From a virus (taxonomy: Duplodnaviria; Heunggongvirae; Uroviricota; Caudoviricetes): a DNA stretch of 64,000 nucleotides. Below are positions 10,401 to 21,700 of the stretch, one piece after another. Position 1 is the first letter of the stretch; the number at the start of each line of letters is the position of its first letter. The stretch is from IMG/VR virus record IMGVR_UViG_3300035502_000924, positions 13,160-77,159 of that record; one strand, written 5' to 3'. The notes under the pieces are model-generated. The model was not told the DNA's origin. It searched no databases and saw nothing but the letters and a program-made list of their open reading frames with translations. A program made the position numbers and the translations under genes.

Positions 10401-11863
10401 GTGGCAGTAGTAGTGGTGGTACAGGAGCAACAGTAGAATTTAAAGGCAATTTAGATGAATATACTAAAAAATACTTTGCAACACCAGGTTCAACTGTTGA
10501 TTTTTGGAATACGCTTTTAGGTGATATGGGGTATTCAAATGGATTTGCATCCTTTACTCCTGATGTATGGGCAGAGAATGCTTATAATAACACAAATTAT
10601 TCAACAGCTGGTACTAAGACCATAGATACAAAAACACAAGGAACTAAGTATGTTACTTATGAATTAACTACGCCAGTATCTAATAAACATTGGTGGACAA
10701 GTGCCAATTATGAGATACCAAATACTAATAACCAAAAATATTATTTAGAACAAGCCATAAAACAAGCCCCTAATTCGACTACTGCTGGCATAATTAACAA
10801 CATGATTAAAGGTACTACAGATTATATATCAAACAGTGAACTCTTAGCTATAAACCAATTGTTAGCTAAAGCTGGAACAGGTGTACAACTTTCAGTATCA
10901 GCAGGTGCAAGTGATAAGCTAAAAGCAGCTTCAAACAAACCTGTTAGAAATTTGGTAATGACAAAAGCTGTAAAAGAAGAAACTACTACACAACAACAAG
11001 TTACTGATGAAAATAATAGAACATTTAATGCATCAGAATTAGTAAAAAGTTTGATAGCAGGACATATATACTCACTTAACAATTATACAGTAGGTACTAA
11101 CAAAAACGGTGAAATAGAATCCACTAGTTTGAGAATTCTCAGAACTGGTGATGATTCATTTATGATTGGTTCATATAAATATTCAGACAGTGCAGGTACT
11201 CAAATTGTAACAAATAGAACAGATATGGATACTGCTACTTTGGTAAGAACAATACAAAGTGGATATGCTGATACGACAAATAAAGATATTGCAACATTGA
11301 CTGATTTGACAGGAGATATTTCTTCGAAACTTTCAGAAGTAACAAGAGAAACAACTCCTACTACCACTCCCGAAGAAACAACAGACCCTGAAGAAGAACA
11401 ACGAAAGAAAGAAGATAGCAAAAATATGGCAGAAACGGCTAAAAATACAGGTGATGCTGTTGATGCTCTTAATGGTACAGGCTATTTAGGTGCAGGTCAG
11501 TTGTTATTTACAGCTCAAACATTTGGTTCTAATTCATCATTGTCAGGACAATCATTAGCAACAACTGATTGGGAAGGATATTCAACCAGTTTGACAGAGG
11601 CAGGCGGTGGATTGGTTGCCCCTGATGCACAGATACTTTCTTATGCACTTGCAACTAGCAGTGAAATTAATAGTTATGCAACATTAAATAAAAATTTACA
11701 AGAGAATGGTTCAAATCAAACTGTAAATATTAACGTTAAAGCTGATATAACTGGATTAGATACAAACGTAGAAGAAATGAGTAAAAATGTTTCAGAAGCT
11801 ATAACTTATCAAGTTTTAGATGATACTGGTGTTACTGCTGTTGTTAATACAACTATTTCATAA
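4403..11863 (+). CDS. tail tape measure protein (2486 aa)
   Basis: Very long alpha-helical, coiled-coil-like N-terminal half. It has a glycine- and hydrophobic-rich membrane-like segment (IIGILCGLL...AAGGAMIAAGAAWGV). It sits immediately after the chaperone frameshift pair. Strong RBS aagaggtga. Confidence 0.85.
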   Translation: MNNNVNSPLTDMLKNSSEWGASYQNATNVNEEESNTKRIIDVVVNDEDARKRIKELSDEYAKSLELKIETKLDKHEDVLKELKEVRDFIESANSDFRINVEVDGLSAFNAVSKDLDQMQSKIASVQQNVLKFSDSFNELDASKISTYNSQIESAIGISKDAKKEAQDLVNSLNADIQTKNFADLTEKLIDLQSIMATAGMGGKEFNDIISSIGGEKLAAEFESSSAALKQLKENISTTVTEFNNFSKVKEPLENIVSTLSKQAEQMDKNLEKAKEINQTKIQWKIDGDGNATKLANALDLSSEIEMFKKQKKEIEKIQEELNGAAKKGNFIETALGGKDTGSGVNRQYLDRNKQMSKHINGTVFNTSNYLIDTEDDSTTITDNLSKISEKYGIYNKTLADRHKSFVTMLNEELNVLQQNENKIKEQSEEGLISSDEAEKAIEEIKKQRKALNEQLNESQKQTVEDINKLAEGNARLIAAAGENAVGNYSMMNYGDTFKSDNKKMLDTSVGNIKTLSNIERRMEGPKSFKGLMTGKNVIKNLGTQLALETQGVNVSDIKNIARSNAGKADFVNKNFDNIAGGLNTALSTNNKEDIDMYKGQLGGLSSQFGDKKDIKSLSKAAKMDTKGDKNLEGLKKAAQDQIAVEKQSISSLLMLYQQLDENGQLSDDQQEEMERLKEAMNDLEEATEENSDKQEKSSSSSGNLGSTISSFLQGFEKLLSNAGALLSTPLASRAMSMFEDTSLGKGISSFMEDKLGLTGGLDNIPTGKALEIALDPYKAYNYIGLSNFNADGYRERSIELNKQFEQQHFNVAQTNAKYGLSGNYDLAEDKAKELYRATNGVVGFEDLSQNYDAVAKTGIQDSKTAGQWAEYATLMDKVGAMDSSEVISTLKNLYTNMDLTAEKSVQMVNRIASAAKNSKVSVSDYAQAVTSIADGYRRVGLDADDALNVMGNLMDAGYSFKDAQEMASTFGNSLSTFSNNNSDVILSGLMSGGTDPYKMLADAQDVTDPNWGKNMASGMQSILDMKESMFGKGSNLAKYEVMKTMQTDFGFSQKQSAEMYHKLQDGDIGSLEDLLDEIANEDSGESIEEINSKLLDETVKLGGEVGGIQEMVAKFDYSAAKDGVEEIKKLESTLSGFVDSNINDMQEKLEIDYSEMTEYLDSKAGQWTQSHAELMNELSGSFKTIIGILCGLLTSSIFSNLFSGLSSLLSGGSSLLGSAAVGSAATIAAGGAMIAAGAAWGVHDANKALEYAQENGGAEGAAMREGFWSGSHRNEQGLHDGTNMAANAGKFALIGAGIGTFIPGVGTVVGGAIGAGVGAVLGSEVYDTYVNGNSREYNRIRSGYNENKNALTEKYISAGYSEEVAQTMSDGLYKFSSELKGQNSTTMDAFARYYAEAIASGKTPEQAISDFTSNIDDNVDKIITQMKEEGVEVTDENGIVTENGDTTQNLVTDMSSEQNALFDKWAGAANKEVVMKGGESLTLKEVVESISKDESTAEKAGTNDVRKWILGKDNQALASLNKYGGDYDKILEAATTGDKGAAKGLQLVQDALFTSVAFHSASAKKDESDAYESLVAGDRTLTAVRTGDITNYERQYVTQGEQQISKDIQDLKNKTVGSTDFNNTWNKYKGVIEQNPLYKQEYQNALKNGSTAEEAAKKAQEAIQEAIKDKVSTEDPQALSDMIGISVADAMAAIDDNNNPTPTSTEQSDMNKIYDLWAGIYSNGGNLEFVSDKGDYTANANISDIFKGFTQTFDENDTTLVGSIVNRNRDDIDYALEKAGSNTTTSEVLSKYMKDGNFDTVSFLENAKNNANSDEGIILKTFTNNMLPADTNDLTKYRDFKGMGTGEKDGVTFTGTSETLSLKRTQDMTNLVTNKNDNYVSTVDLRSPLNTKEDGKKLLELLGSKIQDKNGNGNYDELIDILEDDTGEQLQELINGNLDIFTSNEDLKKILDDDGTISQNNSKSILSFLKSIIDSGIKIKNITNGNNNNDGSSDGSDGGSGSSSGGTGATVEFKGNLDEYTKKYFATPGSTVDFWNTLLGDMGYSNGFASFTPDVWAENAYNNTNYSTAGTKTIDTKTQGTKYVTYELTTPVSNKHWWTSANYEIPNTNNQKYYLEQAIKQAPNSTTAGIINNMIKGTTDYISNSELLAINQLLAKAGTGVQLSVSAGASDKLKAASNKPVRNLVMTKAVKEETTTQQQVTDENNRTFNASELVKSLIAGHIYSLNNYTVGTNKNGEIESTSLRILRTGDDSFMIGSYKYSDSAGTQIVTNRTDMDTATLVRTIQSGYADTTNKDIATLTDLTGDISSKLSEVTRETTPTTTPEETTDPEEEQRKKEDSKNMAETAKNTGDAVDALNGTGYLGAGQLLFTAQTFGSNSSLSGQSLATTDWEGYSTSLTEAGGGLVAPDAQILSYALATSSEINSYATLNKNLQENGSNQTVNINVKADITGLDTNVEEMSKNVSEAITYQVLDDTGVTAVVNTTIS

Positions 11864-11868
11864 AATTT

Positions 11869-11900
11869 AAAAGACCTTTTTTACAAAAGGTCTTTTTTTA
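11869..11900 (+). terminator. rho-independent terminator
   Basis: aaaagacctttt-ttac-aaaaggtctttt followed by a T-run. Confidence 0.75.
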
Positions 11901-11941
11901 TTTTAATAATTTCCTATTTTAATAAAAAGGAAGTGAAATAA

Positions 11942-14900
11942 ATGAGCGGTTCTCCAAGTGGAGTATTTAAATTAAAAAGTCAAGAAGGAAAATTAGGCTG
12001 TGGAATTCGTAGTGGAACTACTGATGCTAGTGTAGGCAATTTGCCTGTTTGGACTTGTGCAGGCTGGGACCTTTGCAATCAGTCATCATGTTGTACTACA
12101 ATGATATTAGCAATAATGTGTACAGATATATCTGGAAAATATATTACCCCAGATGAAATTTCACAAATATCTGCATATACTGCTGGTGAATATGCTGGTC
12201 GTACTATTCTTGATAAAGTTACAATGGCAAATATGGTAAATTCTGCATCAAGTTATTTTACTGCACAAGCAGCGGATGGTATAGATGAAAATAAAGTTAT
12301 TACAACTCTTAGCAATAATGGTAGAATTGGTTTTTGTATTCAAACATTACCTTCAACTAATGGAAAAAATTATTGGGATGGAAGTAAAGAAGGTACTGGA
12401 CACTGGTTGGCTATTTATAAAAGAGATACTAATGGAAATTATTATTGTTATGATGGTGGTGGTAATAGTACACTTGCAGGCGGTGATATCGCCACAAGAG
12501 CAACATTTCCAATATCTTTTTCAGCAATAAAACAAGCGATTGCAAATAGAAGTAATCAAGTATTATATATAAATCCTGCAAGTGGTAAAGGTGCTAACTT
12601 ATCAGGCGGTGGTTCTGCAAGTTCAGGAAGTGGTTCTTCTAGTTCAAGCGGTGGTTCAGGTATTACTGTAAGTTCAACAAGCTATTTTTCTGACATATCA
12701 GACTCAGACCAATCTAAGATTAAAGCACAAATAGATGCAATGATTGCAGCAGGTGCCGCACAAGGAATAAATATGGCAGTAGAAGGAGATTCTCTTGTTG
12801 TAGATTATTCTTCACATTTAAAGGATTATGTAAAATATGCAAATGTAAAAATGTTAAAAGGATTACAATATCATCCTAATTCGTTAGGTAGATTTAACTT
12901 TAAACAAGATTACATTGTAATTATAAGGAAAAAATTATATTTCGCCGCAACAATGGCAAGTAATGAAAATTTCCTACGATTATATCAAGTTAATAATTTT
13001 TCTGCAATAACAGTAAAAACTAGTGTTGCAGGTGAAGCCACTTGTAATATTTCATTAAAAGGTGGAGAAAAAGTAGTTTGTATAAATAGAAACGATGAAG
13101 AAGATAAAAATTGGCAAAGTTACGAAGAATTATTAAATGGTTTGACTAATATTGATGATGAAGCTACTACTGGTGATAGTAAATGGAGAATTGGTAGTAG
13201 TGATTGGGATAGTCCAACTTCATTAGGAGTGGATTATAAAAATTTAATGAAGGCGAGAGAAGCAAAATATGGTTGGAGAATTGCAGAAAAATGTGATTGG
13301 CAACCAATGGACGAAATAACTGTTTACTCTCAATCAAGAACAAAAAGAAATGCAAGTGGACAATTTACATTTGAAAAAATATTTTTTGGATATATAGATT
13401 CAATAAAGAAACAATTTGATAGTCAAGGTCCAATTATAACTATACAAGCAACAGACCAATTAAAATTATTAAAAAATAGTTATGTAAATAAATCTCCAAG
13501 TTTTCAACCTGGTAGATTTAATAATGGGTATTTGGATATAAGTTTTGCAACAAGTGAAACAGGATTAATAAAAATAACAGAACCATTCCAAGCAATATTT
13601 TCGGCAGGTGAAACTTCTGAGGAAGCAATAGCACGAATAAAAACACAAAGTACATTTAGTGAAATTTTTTCAGGATTATTTCCTGATTTGATTATTGCAC
13701 AAGGTTGTCTTGCTGCTGGTATTCCTGCTTCTTATTTAGTAACAAGAATAGAGCCTGTAAAAGTTATTCCTTATATTTTCAAATTAACTGATGGTGTAAA
13801 TTATCAATCATCAGAATTTAAATCAAGATTAGACTATTGTCAAGAGATAGCAGAATTATGTCTTATGGAATTTTTCCAAGATGAAGAAGGAAATATTGTG
13901 TTTAAAATACCAAGTTATGTTTTAGGAGCTAACAATTTAACAGCTAACAATATGGGGTATGAATTAAACGTAGAAGTTTTAAGAGAAAATAATTTTGCAC
14001 CATTTGATAAAAGTTATGCAATATCTTTAGAAAGAATACAAGAAGGATTAAAATATTGTAAGATGTTAGTATATACTTGTGAAAACAATGAAACATTAAG
14101 AACTATTTCATTAGCCTTATATGGTAGTGATTTGTATTCAAGTGAAATAAAATATCTAAATGTTGGTACTTGTCAAGGATATGGAATAAATGATACGTTA
14201 CCTAGTGGTACACAATTATTGTTAATAAAATACGATATATCAGACAAAGAGGCAAGAGATGAATATTTAGAAACAATATCAAATACAAGGGTTATGTCTT
14301 ATGCAACTGCATTATATAATCAACAATCAGGAATAAGTAGTATGGATAATTATTCAGGATTAACAATGTCTATGATGACTGATGCTTTAATTCCTGAAAC
14401 TCCACCAGAGGAAATAGTAAGTTTTACATTATCTGATACTGATAAAGAAGTTTATAATAGTATTGAAGTAAATGGTATAACATATATGGGTGTGTATGAA
14501 GGTGATGAAAAAACTGCAATAAAAAGAACAGTTCCAGATTATGAAAGTATAATGAGATTTGGCGTAAGAGTTGCACCAAGCGTAACGTCACCATTGATAT
14601 ATAGAGATGATAATTGTGAATTATTTGGTCACTGTTTATTAGCGAAATCAGCAGCAGGCAGATTCACTGCAACAGTATCAATGATAGAAAATCCTGATAT
14701 AAGGATAGGAAATCCTATTAGATTGTTTACTTATGATGAACATCCTAATATGGAAACTGGTATATGGAGTACAGAAACATATCCTGCACAAAGTGTTTAT
14801 TATATAAACTCTATAAGTAGAAGTATTAAAACTGATGGAGTTTCTACAATGACATTAGATTTAGTTGCTGGTAGAGTAATGGGAGAAGAAAGTATATATG

Positions 14901-15619
14901 ATAAACTATTTGTTGCGTATAGAGGATTTTATGAAGAACCAAATATAACAGACCCTGAAATTCTTGCTTATGCTAAAAGTAAATATCAATCAAGTTGGGA
15001 TGAAATACAATCAGGCTATGGTAGTGTTTCTATAAATAATGATAGTAGTGATAGCGGTAGTAGTGATAGTGATGATGATATTGGTGACGGTAGCTTCCCA
15101 GCTGATGGTCCAATTGCATTTAGTGGTTCAACTAACGAGGTAACAGGTAAAACAATCCAAGTTCCTAACGATGGATATATTGGTAGTCAAATGGTAATTG
15201 AAAAATATAGTAGCGTAAATGCTTTGGAACATAGTACACGTCAATGGAAAATATTAGAAGCGTCTGGTAGACATTTTGATAGCGATGGCTTCCTCAGAGT
15301 AGATGGGCGTTATGCTTTAGCGTTAAGTTGTAAATTTGGAAGACCTGGTGATAAAGTTAAAGTTGAGTTTCGTAATGGTCAAACTTTCTTAGGATTGTTT
15401 GTTGATTCGAAAAACAATCCTAGTGAAGTTGAATATAAAAACACTTGGGGACACCTGGATGGAAAACAAACATTGGAGTTTATTGTAAAAGATAGTGAAT
15501 TTATAATATCAGAAGGCGTATATAAAAAAGATGTTGCACAATGTCATCCTGAATGGGCAAATACAACAGTTAAGCAAATTACAAATCAAGGTCCATGGAG
15601 TTATACGCCTAAATCTTAA
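11942..15619 (+). CDS. tail or baseplate-associated lysin paralog 1: N-terminal papain-fold (C39-like) cysteine peptidase, then the shared LysM-containing core, then a C-terminal domain of unknown function
   Basis: Candidate Cys and His residues are in the N-terminal CAGWDLCNQSSCC...GTGHWLAIY segment. The ~700-aa core from LKDYVKYANV to GRVMGEESIYDK is shared with the ORFs at 23914 and 28085. A LysM-like segment is YTCENNETLRTISLALYGSDLYSSEIKYLNVG. Gly/Ser linkers are present. Confidence 0.7.
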   Translation: MSGSPSGVFKLKSQEGKLGCGIRSGTTDASVGNLPVWTCAGWDLCNQSSCCTTMILAIMCTDISGKYITPDEISQISAYTAGEYAGRTILDKVTMANMVNSASSYFTAQAADGIDENKVITTLSNNGRIGFCIQTLPSTNGKNYWDGSKEGTGHWLAIYKRDTNGNYYCYDGGGNSTLAGGDIATRATFPISFSAIKQAIANRSNQVLYINPASGKGANLSGGGSASSGSGSSSSSGGSGITVSSTSYFSDISDSDQSKIKAQIDAMIAAGAAQGINMAVEGDSLVVDYSSHLKDYVKYANVKMLKGLQYHPNSLGRFNFKQDYIVIIRKKLYFAATMASNENFLRLYQVNNFSAITVKTSVAGEATCNISLKGGEKVVCINRNDEEDKNWQSYEELLNGLTNIDDEATTGDSKWRIGSSDWDSPTSLGVDYKNLMKAREAKYGWRIAEKCDWQPMDEITVYSQSRTKRNASGQFTFEKIFFGYIDSIKKQFDSQGPIITIQATDQLKLLKNSYVNKSPSFQPGRFNNGYLDISFATSETGLIKITEPFQAIFSAGETSEEAIARIKTQSTFSEIFSGLFPDLIIAQGCLAAGIPASYLVTRIEPVKVIPYIFKLTDGVNYQSSEFKSRLDYCQEIAELCLMEFFQDEEGNIVFKIPSYVLGANNLTANNMGYELNVEVLRENNFAPFDKSYAISLERIQEGLKYCKMLVYTCENNETLRTISLALYGSDLYSSEIKYLNVGTCQGYGINDTLPSGTQLLLIKYDISDKEARDEYLETISNTRVMSYATALYNQQSGISSMDNYSGLTMSMMTDALIPETPPEEIVSFTLSDTDKEVYNSIEVNGITYMGVYEGDEKTAIKRTVPDYESIMRFGVRVAPSVTSPLIYRDDNCELFGHCLLAKSAAGRFTATVSMIENPDIRIGNPIRLFTYDEHPNMETGIWSTETYPAQSVYYINSISRSIKTDGVSTMTLDLVAGRVMGEESIYDKLFVAYRGFYEEPNITDPEILAYAKSKYQSSWDEIQSGYGSVSINNDSSDSGSSDSDDDIGDGSFPADGPIAFSGSTNEVTGKTIQVPNDGYIGSQMVIEKYSSVNALEHSTRQWKILEASGRHFDSDGFLRVDGRYALALSCKFGRPGDKVKVEFRNGQTFLGLFVDSKNNPSEVEYKNTWGHLDGKQTLEFIVKDSEFIISEGVYKKDVAQCHPEWANTTVKQITNQGPWSYTPKS
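12800..14905 (+). repeat. ~2.1-kb direct repeat copy 1, the shared core of the lysin paralogs
   Basis: Protein-level identity to the copies at 25115 and 29340 is clear by eye, for example QYHPNSLGRFN(F/Y)KQDY(I/V)VIIRKKLYFA and EFFQDEEGNIVFKIPSYV. Confidence 0.8.
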
Positions 15620-15632
15620 ATAAATAGTTTAA

Positions 15633-15672
15633 ATAAGGGGAAGATTAAATATTTTTCCCTTATTTTATTTTA
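15633..15672 (+). terminator. rho-independent terminator
   Basis: ataaggg-17 nt loop-cccttat followed by a T-rich tail. Confidence 0.5.
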
Positions 15673-15736
15673 AAAACATAGTATATTCCTATTGTTAAAG
15701 AAAAAAGAAAATATATAATTATTAGAAAATAAAATA

Positions 15737-18700
15737 ATGATTAAAAGAAATGGAGGTGTAATTGGTTTGGATGGAACAATACTTGCTAATTTGCAAGAAG
15801 CTATAACAAGTAATGATTTTCTTACTTCTCAAAAAAAATTAGTTGATGATACTTATAAAAATGATATATCATACTTATCTTCTGCACAAGAAGCTTCTGA
15901 TGCGTATATGGCAATGAAACAAAGAATACCTATGGTATTAGAGTATTATGTAACACCGTATGAAATTCATACAGTTGAAATGTACATAAATCCTAATAAG
16001 ATAAATATGAAACATCAAAAGATTACGTCTAAAACAGTTACTCGTGGTGGTATATTCTTTCATCATTATGGTGAAGATATTCCTGTTATGACTATTTCAG
16101 GTAATACTGGTTTATCAGGTATGAGTGGTATTGCAGAATTAGAGAAAATATTTAATTATTCAGGTACGCTTTTAAGATATCAAAATGTAGGTATAAATAA
16201 AATATATAATGGCGATAGCGAACCTTTACAAATATTATATTTAGATGATGCTGTTGAGTATTATGATAAAATAGTTGCTTCAAGTACTTCACTTGAAGAT
16301 ATACAAAATGCAAGTAATCAACTTACAGGTTTGTTAAGTTCAAGTTCAGAAAGAACAACTTTAACAACAGAAAAAGCTGCTGAGTTAGTAAATCTTGAAC
16401 TTTCTTCTTTATATTCAACTTTAAGTTTAAATCTTGCCTGTACAACAATACAAACTATTATTGCAAAGGTTAATGATGAAATAGCAACTATGTTAAGTAA
16501 AAATCAACAAGTAACATTTGCTACTGTATATAAATTAACTCAAACACAAGTTAAAAATTCTTCATTATCAAATGGTAAAATGCTGACAGCTTCAATACCA
16601 TTTCCATCAAGTTCAGAATGGTCAACTAATAAAGCAGAAGTTTTAGAAGAAATTTCAGAATATTTAGATGATATTAAGGATGCTTATGATGTGGATGACA
16701 CTGATGATATTACATATACTATGGTTAGTAATTATTTAAGTACATATCAAGAAACTGAAACTTATGATGTTTCTGAAATTGCATTTCAAATAGCAATAGA
16801 AATTTATAATTCTAACGTTGAATCATTAAATGGCACAGCTACTACGACAGAAACAGAAGATACAACAACATCTGCTACTGTTGAAAATGGTTTTGACAAG
16901 GATTTATATGTATGTGTAAGTGAAAGTGCTTATTTATATTCTGAACCTAAATTTACTGCTACTAAAATAGCACAATTATATCGTGGTGGTGAAGTAACAG
17001 TAAATCACGTAGATTCACCAGGAGCTTGGGGAATGGTTTCATATTACGAGGGTGGATATATAGCACTTGAAAATGGTGCAGAAGAAGATATCAACCAATA
17101 TACTATTACAGAAGAAGGAATACAAATGTATCGCTGGAATGGAATTGGTGATATGGATAAAATAACACAAGAGATAATGGAAAAAACTGCCGAAGGTAAA
17201 ACATATTCAGAAATAACAAATCCATCAACTGATGATAGTTCAAATAACAATAATAATAACAATACAACATCTTCAACATATTCACTATTAGGTTTTGGAA
17301 TGAATAAAAGTAGTAGTTCTACTTCTGTAAAAACAGTGAGTTCTTCTTCCATATTAGAGTTTAACAATATAAAATATGATACAGATTATTATGTATATCT
17401 TGCAATAAATCCTACTACAAATATTAATAACGTAAATTTGGATTTTATATCTTATAGTACGTCAAAAGAAGTATACGGTAAGGATTTAACTAAAAAAAGT
17501 GATGGAGTGTATACAGTTAAAGTAAGTTTTAAAGATAAGTCATCTTCAAAAAACTATGGTTCGATTTATGGTATTCAATTATATATAAATGGGGAACTTG
17601 TAAAATCAATAAATAGTTTTTATACAGGGAATAAAGAAGATAAAATATTTGCAAAAATTAATTTTGATACAGATACAGCTAGTTCTATATCTTATAATTC
17701 TTATGACCCAAGTATGGCAAAATCTATAAATAAAACAAGAAACATTTCTTTAAATAATGAAGAAAATAACGATGAAGATGTAACTATTAACTATGACAAT
17801 ATAATTGATGAAAACAATATTGAAGCTTTTTCATCAGAAGATATTGCAAATATGCCAGTAATGTCAACTTCAAATGTAACAGTAGAAGGTTTATCTACTA
17901 ATGCAGATTGTATTTATTATTCATTTAATAGTTATAAAATGTCAAATAATATAGAATATAGTTCTGCTGATGCTGACTGGTTTGCTGGATTTAAGGGTAT
18001 AACTAGCGAGTCTGAATATCGTATTCTTACCGATGGTTATGATGTAGAATTTTATATATATGTTAATGATATTGCAGAGAGTAATCTTACTGGTCTTTGT
18101 GTTGTTAAAGTCTATAAAGGATTAAGTGATACTTCTAATAAATCAAAATATGTATATGAAATAAAAGATATATTAACTACTAAATCAGATATCATAGATG
18201 ATAGTTATTTTGATTATACATATAGTCACAATGATGTATCATCAGTATATGGTAGTTGTGAAGAATTAATTATTTATCCTATAATAAATAATGTTATTAA
18301 ACCAGACCAAGGTGCGGTTAGTGTTCAATTTACAACAACAGCAAAATCTAGTTTAAGTATTAGCAAAATAATTAAGAACGCATATTTTGTCAATGAATCA
18401 GGCGATACTTCAAAAAGTATTACTGCAATAAGAAATAAATATGGTAATTCCGATACTACTTATACAATAACTGTTGAAACGTTAGTAAATGTAAGTAAGA
18501 TAGAGTTATCTACAAATTTTGATAATACTAGTGTAAATTCACAATCAATGAACGCTTCAAAAGCTGTTTGGTATAGAAGTAATTCCACCAGTTCCAATCC
18601 TTTAAGTTGCCCTTATTATAGATTTAGTGGTATTAAATATAAATTCAATGACCCAACAACAGGTAGTAGAACATTACATATTAAAGCAACATTAGAAAAT

Positions 18701-21700
18701 GGTAAAGAAATAACTGATACTTATGATAATTTATCTGTTTATTTAACTAATAAATCAGGTACTACATCAGATAATGCAGACGATTATATTACAAGTTTTG
18801 AGTTTTATGACGATAGCGATTATGATACTGTATTAAGTTATTCTCGTATAAAATATGGCGAATATTTATACATAAAAGTAATAACAACAAGTGATGTTAC
18901 AAAAATTAGATTTAAATCTGATACTATTTCAAGTATTAATAATCAAACTGTTACAAGTTATAAAACGACAACAGGGTCTAAAAGGTATTTTACATATAAA
19001 ATTAAGCTTACTTGTAGTACGGGTGTTACCCATACAATAAAAGTACAACCATATATAGACGATGAAGAAGCTTGGGTAAGCGATTATCTTTCAAATTGTA
19101 TAAAAGTAACAGCTTCGTCTACTGATGATGACGATGATGATGACGATGATGATACTAGTTATATAACATCTTCTGATTACATTATTTCTACAAGTGTAAC
19201 AAAAAATACCACTAAGAAAATTACCGCTACAATAAAAACCACTGATGATATAACAAAAGTACTTTTATATACTTATGCTGCTGGCGATTCCGATATAGTA
19301 GATGAAGTATATAGTTCAACAAGTAGTTATAATACATTTAAAGTTAGTTATACAATGAAAAAAACAGGATATTTATTCTTAAAATATTATGTTTCTGGTA
19401 GTGGTTGGAGACCTAGTAGTAAATACTATCGAATAGGTAAGGTAAGTTGTTCATCTTCAAGTAGTTCATCTGATGATGACGATGATGACGATAGTATTAG
19501 TTCAACTGAAAGTAATACTTATATAAAAAGTGTCACATTTAATAAAAGCAAGGTAACAAAAAACAGTTCTTTTACTTCTACTATTGTAACAACAGACGAG
19601 GTTACAAAAGTAAGAGTCCGTATGGCTGATTCAAGTGATTCAACAACAAAATCTACTACTTATTCTTCAACAAGTACAAGAAATACTTTTAAGGTAAATT
19701 ATACTGCTTCAAAAACAGGCTATGTATATATTAAGTTTTATATTGACGGTGAAGGTTGGTATGATAAATATTATAAAGCAGGAAAAATAACTGTTAGTTC
19801 TTCAAGTAGTAGTTCTAGTTCATCAAGTTCATCAAATAGTAGTTATATTGATTATGATAGTGTTGATGATTATATTGAAGAAATTACTGTTAGTGGTATG
19901 GTTAGTGGAAAAATAAAAACAGGAAGTACTCCAACCATAACTGTTACAACAACAGATGAAGTAGATAAAATTAGAATATCTAAAAGTTGGGATAGTAAAA
20001 CTAAAGTTATTTCAAGTTATGAAGAAGATGATGATACAAGAATATTTTCAAAAGCTTATCCAGAAATGTCAGAATCAGGCACGCAATATATATATGTTGA
20101 ATTATATGTTGATGGTGAATGGTTGGATGATACAGCTATTATAAAAGCATATGTAAATAAAAATGTTGTTAGTACTTCTGATATAACAGCAAGCGATGAA
20201 TTATTAAGTGTAAAATTAAGTCCTACAACAACTCTTATTGGTGAAAAGGTTACAATATCATTTAAAGCACAGCCAGAAGTAACTAAAATAAAAATAACAG
20301 ATAAAACAACAGGAACAGATATAACAACACTAAAACAATCTTCTAATGGTACATTGGCAAGTACTGGTGTATATACATATAGTACAACTACATCATTTTC
20401 AAAAATAGGAACACATCGAATAGCATTAACTCCTTATGTTGATGATGGGTTCTTATCAACTTCAATTACCAAAGAGGTTTTAATTACTGATGTATCTAGT
20501 AGTACAACAACAGATACTAGTACTTCTACTACTGAAACAACAACGTCAGAAATGAAGTTTACAAAAGCAGGAGTTACTTCAAAAGGCACATTTACATCTT
20601 GTTGGTATAAAATAGATGGAGATTATTATATATTTAGACATTACAACCCTACTGAATCAAGTAGCGATAATGTTTTTGTTGCAGTTAAAAGTGGACAATG
20701 GAAAATGGCTGAAAATGCTTCAAATAAAATGAACCAATTGACACACTGGTATGCAAAAGATAGAATACCTGTTTATTGTACTGTAAATTATACATCAGAT
20801 ACTATTGATAGTAAAAGTGATTTAGTTTCTGTTAATACATACATTGAAAAAGGTGACACTTTTGTTACAAATAATCATGTTACATTATCTGACGATACAA
20901 TACATAATAGTAATAACACACAAATATGGTATAGAGTGTACTTTACCGATAATACTAGTTTTACTTCAAGCACCTATTCTTCATTTGGTACAGGTACTAC
21001 AACTGCACAATTTAGTAGTGATGACACTTCAACAAAATATAAAGGTAGTACAACTACAACAGAAGATACTTCTTCTGATACAACAACTGAAACAACAACA
21101 TCTTCAAATTCAAACTCAACTACCACCTCAGAAACTACTACCGATGGAGATACTACTACTGCTCCAACAGCAGATGATATGAAGAATTATTATGAACTTA
21201 ATCTTTCTTCAAGTTCAACTCTTGATACAACAGGAGAATATTTGCAACGTTCAACAAGTTATTGGATTCCTATGTATAAAACAGACGGTTCAAAATATAT
21301 GTCAGATTCAGAAGTATATAATACATTAGTAAAGGATTATGTAAAATTATATACAGTTGTAAGCGAAGTAGCATATTTATATTTTGGACCTGATGAAAAA
21401 TATGGTAAGGTTTCCAGTACTCCATTAACAGTAAATAGTAAATTTACCTGTTGTGAATTAAGTAATGATAGACTTTGGGCAAAACAGGTTATTGCCACTT
21501 CAAAAATAGATGATACTGATTATTTAAAAGAAAATGGTTATGCAGAATATCCAGGTTGGACTAAAGTAGAATGGTTGGAAGAAGGCTATACAGGACCAAT
21601 TTCAATATTAGAATCTGAATTGAATAGTGAAAATGATGAAAATTCTTTGACCAATTTAATAACAAATAACAACATTACAACAGCTATTTCTGATACAAAC

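Noticed and set aside
4471-11421. Numerous 60-125-aa minus-strand ORFs inside the tape measure gene (for example 4471-4668, 6370-6744 and 10144-10449)
   Set aside because: They are antisense to a long, well-supported coding frame and are Ser/Leu/Phe-rich, as expected for reverse-strand translation of AT-rich coding DNA. None has an RBS.
12285-12530. 81-aa + strand ORF inside lysin paralog 1, and similar small same-strand ORFs (20844-21182, 24584-25009, 43852-44091)
   Set aside because: They are alternative-frame reads inside long genes and give hydrophobic low-complexity peptides without RBS.
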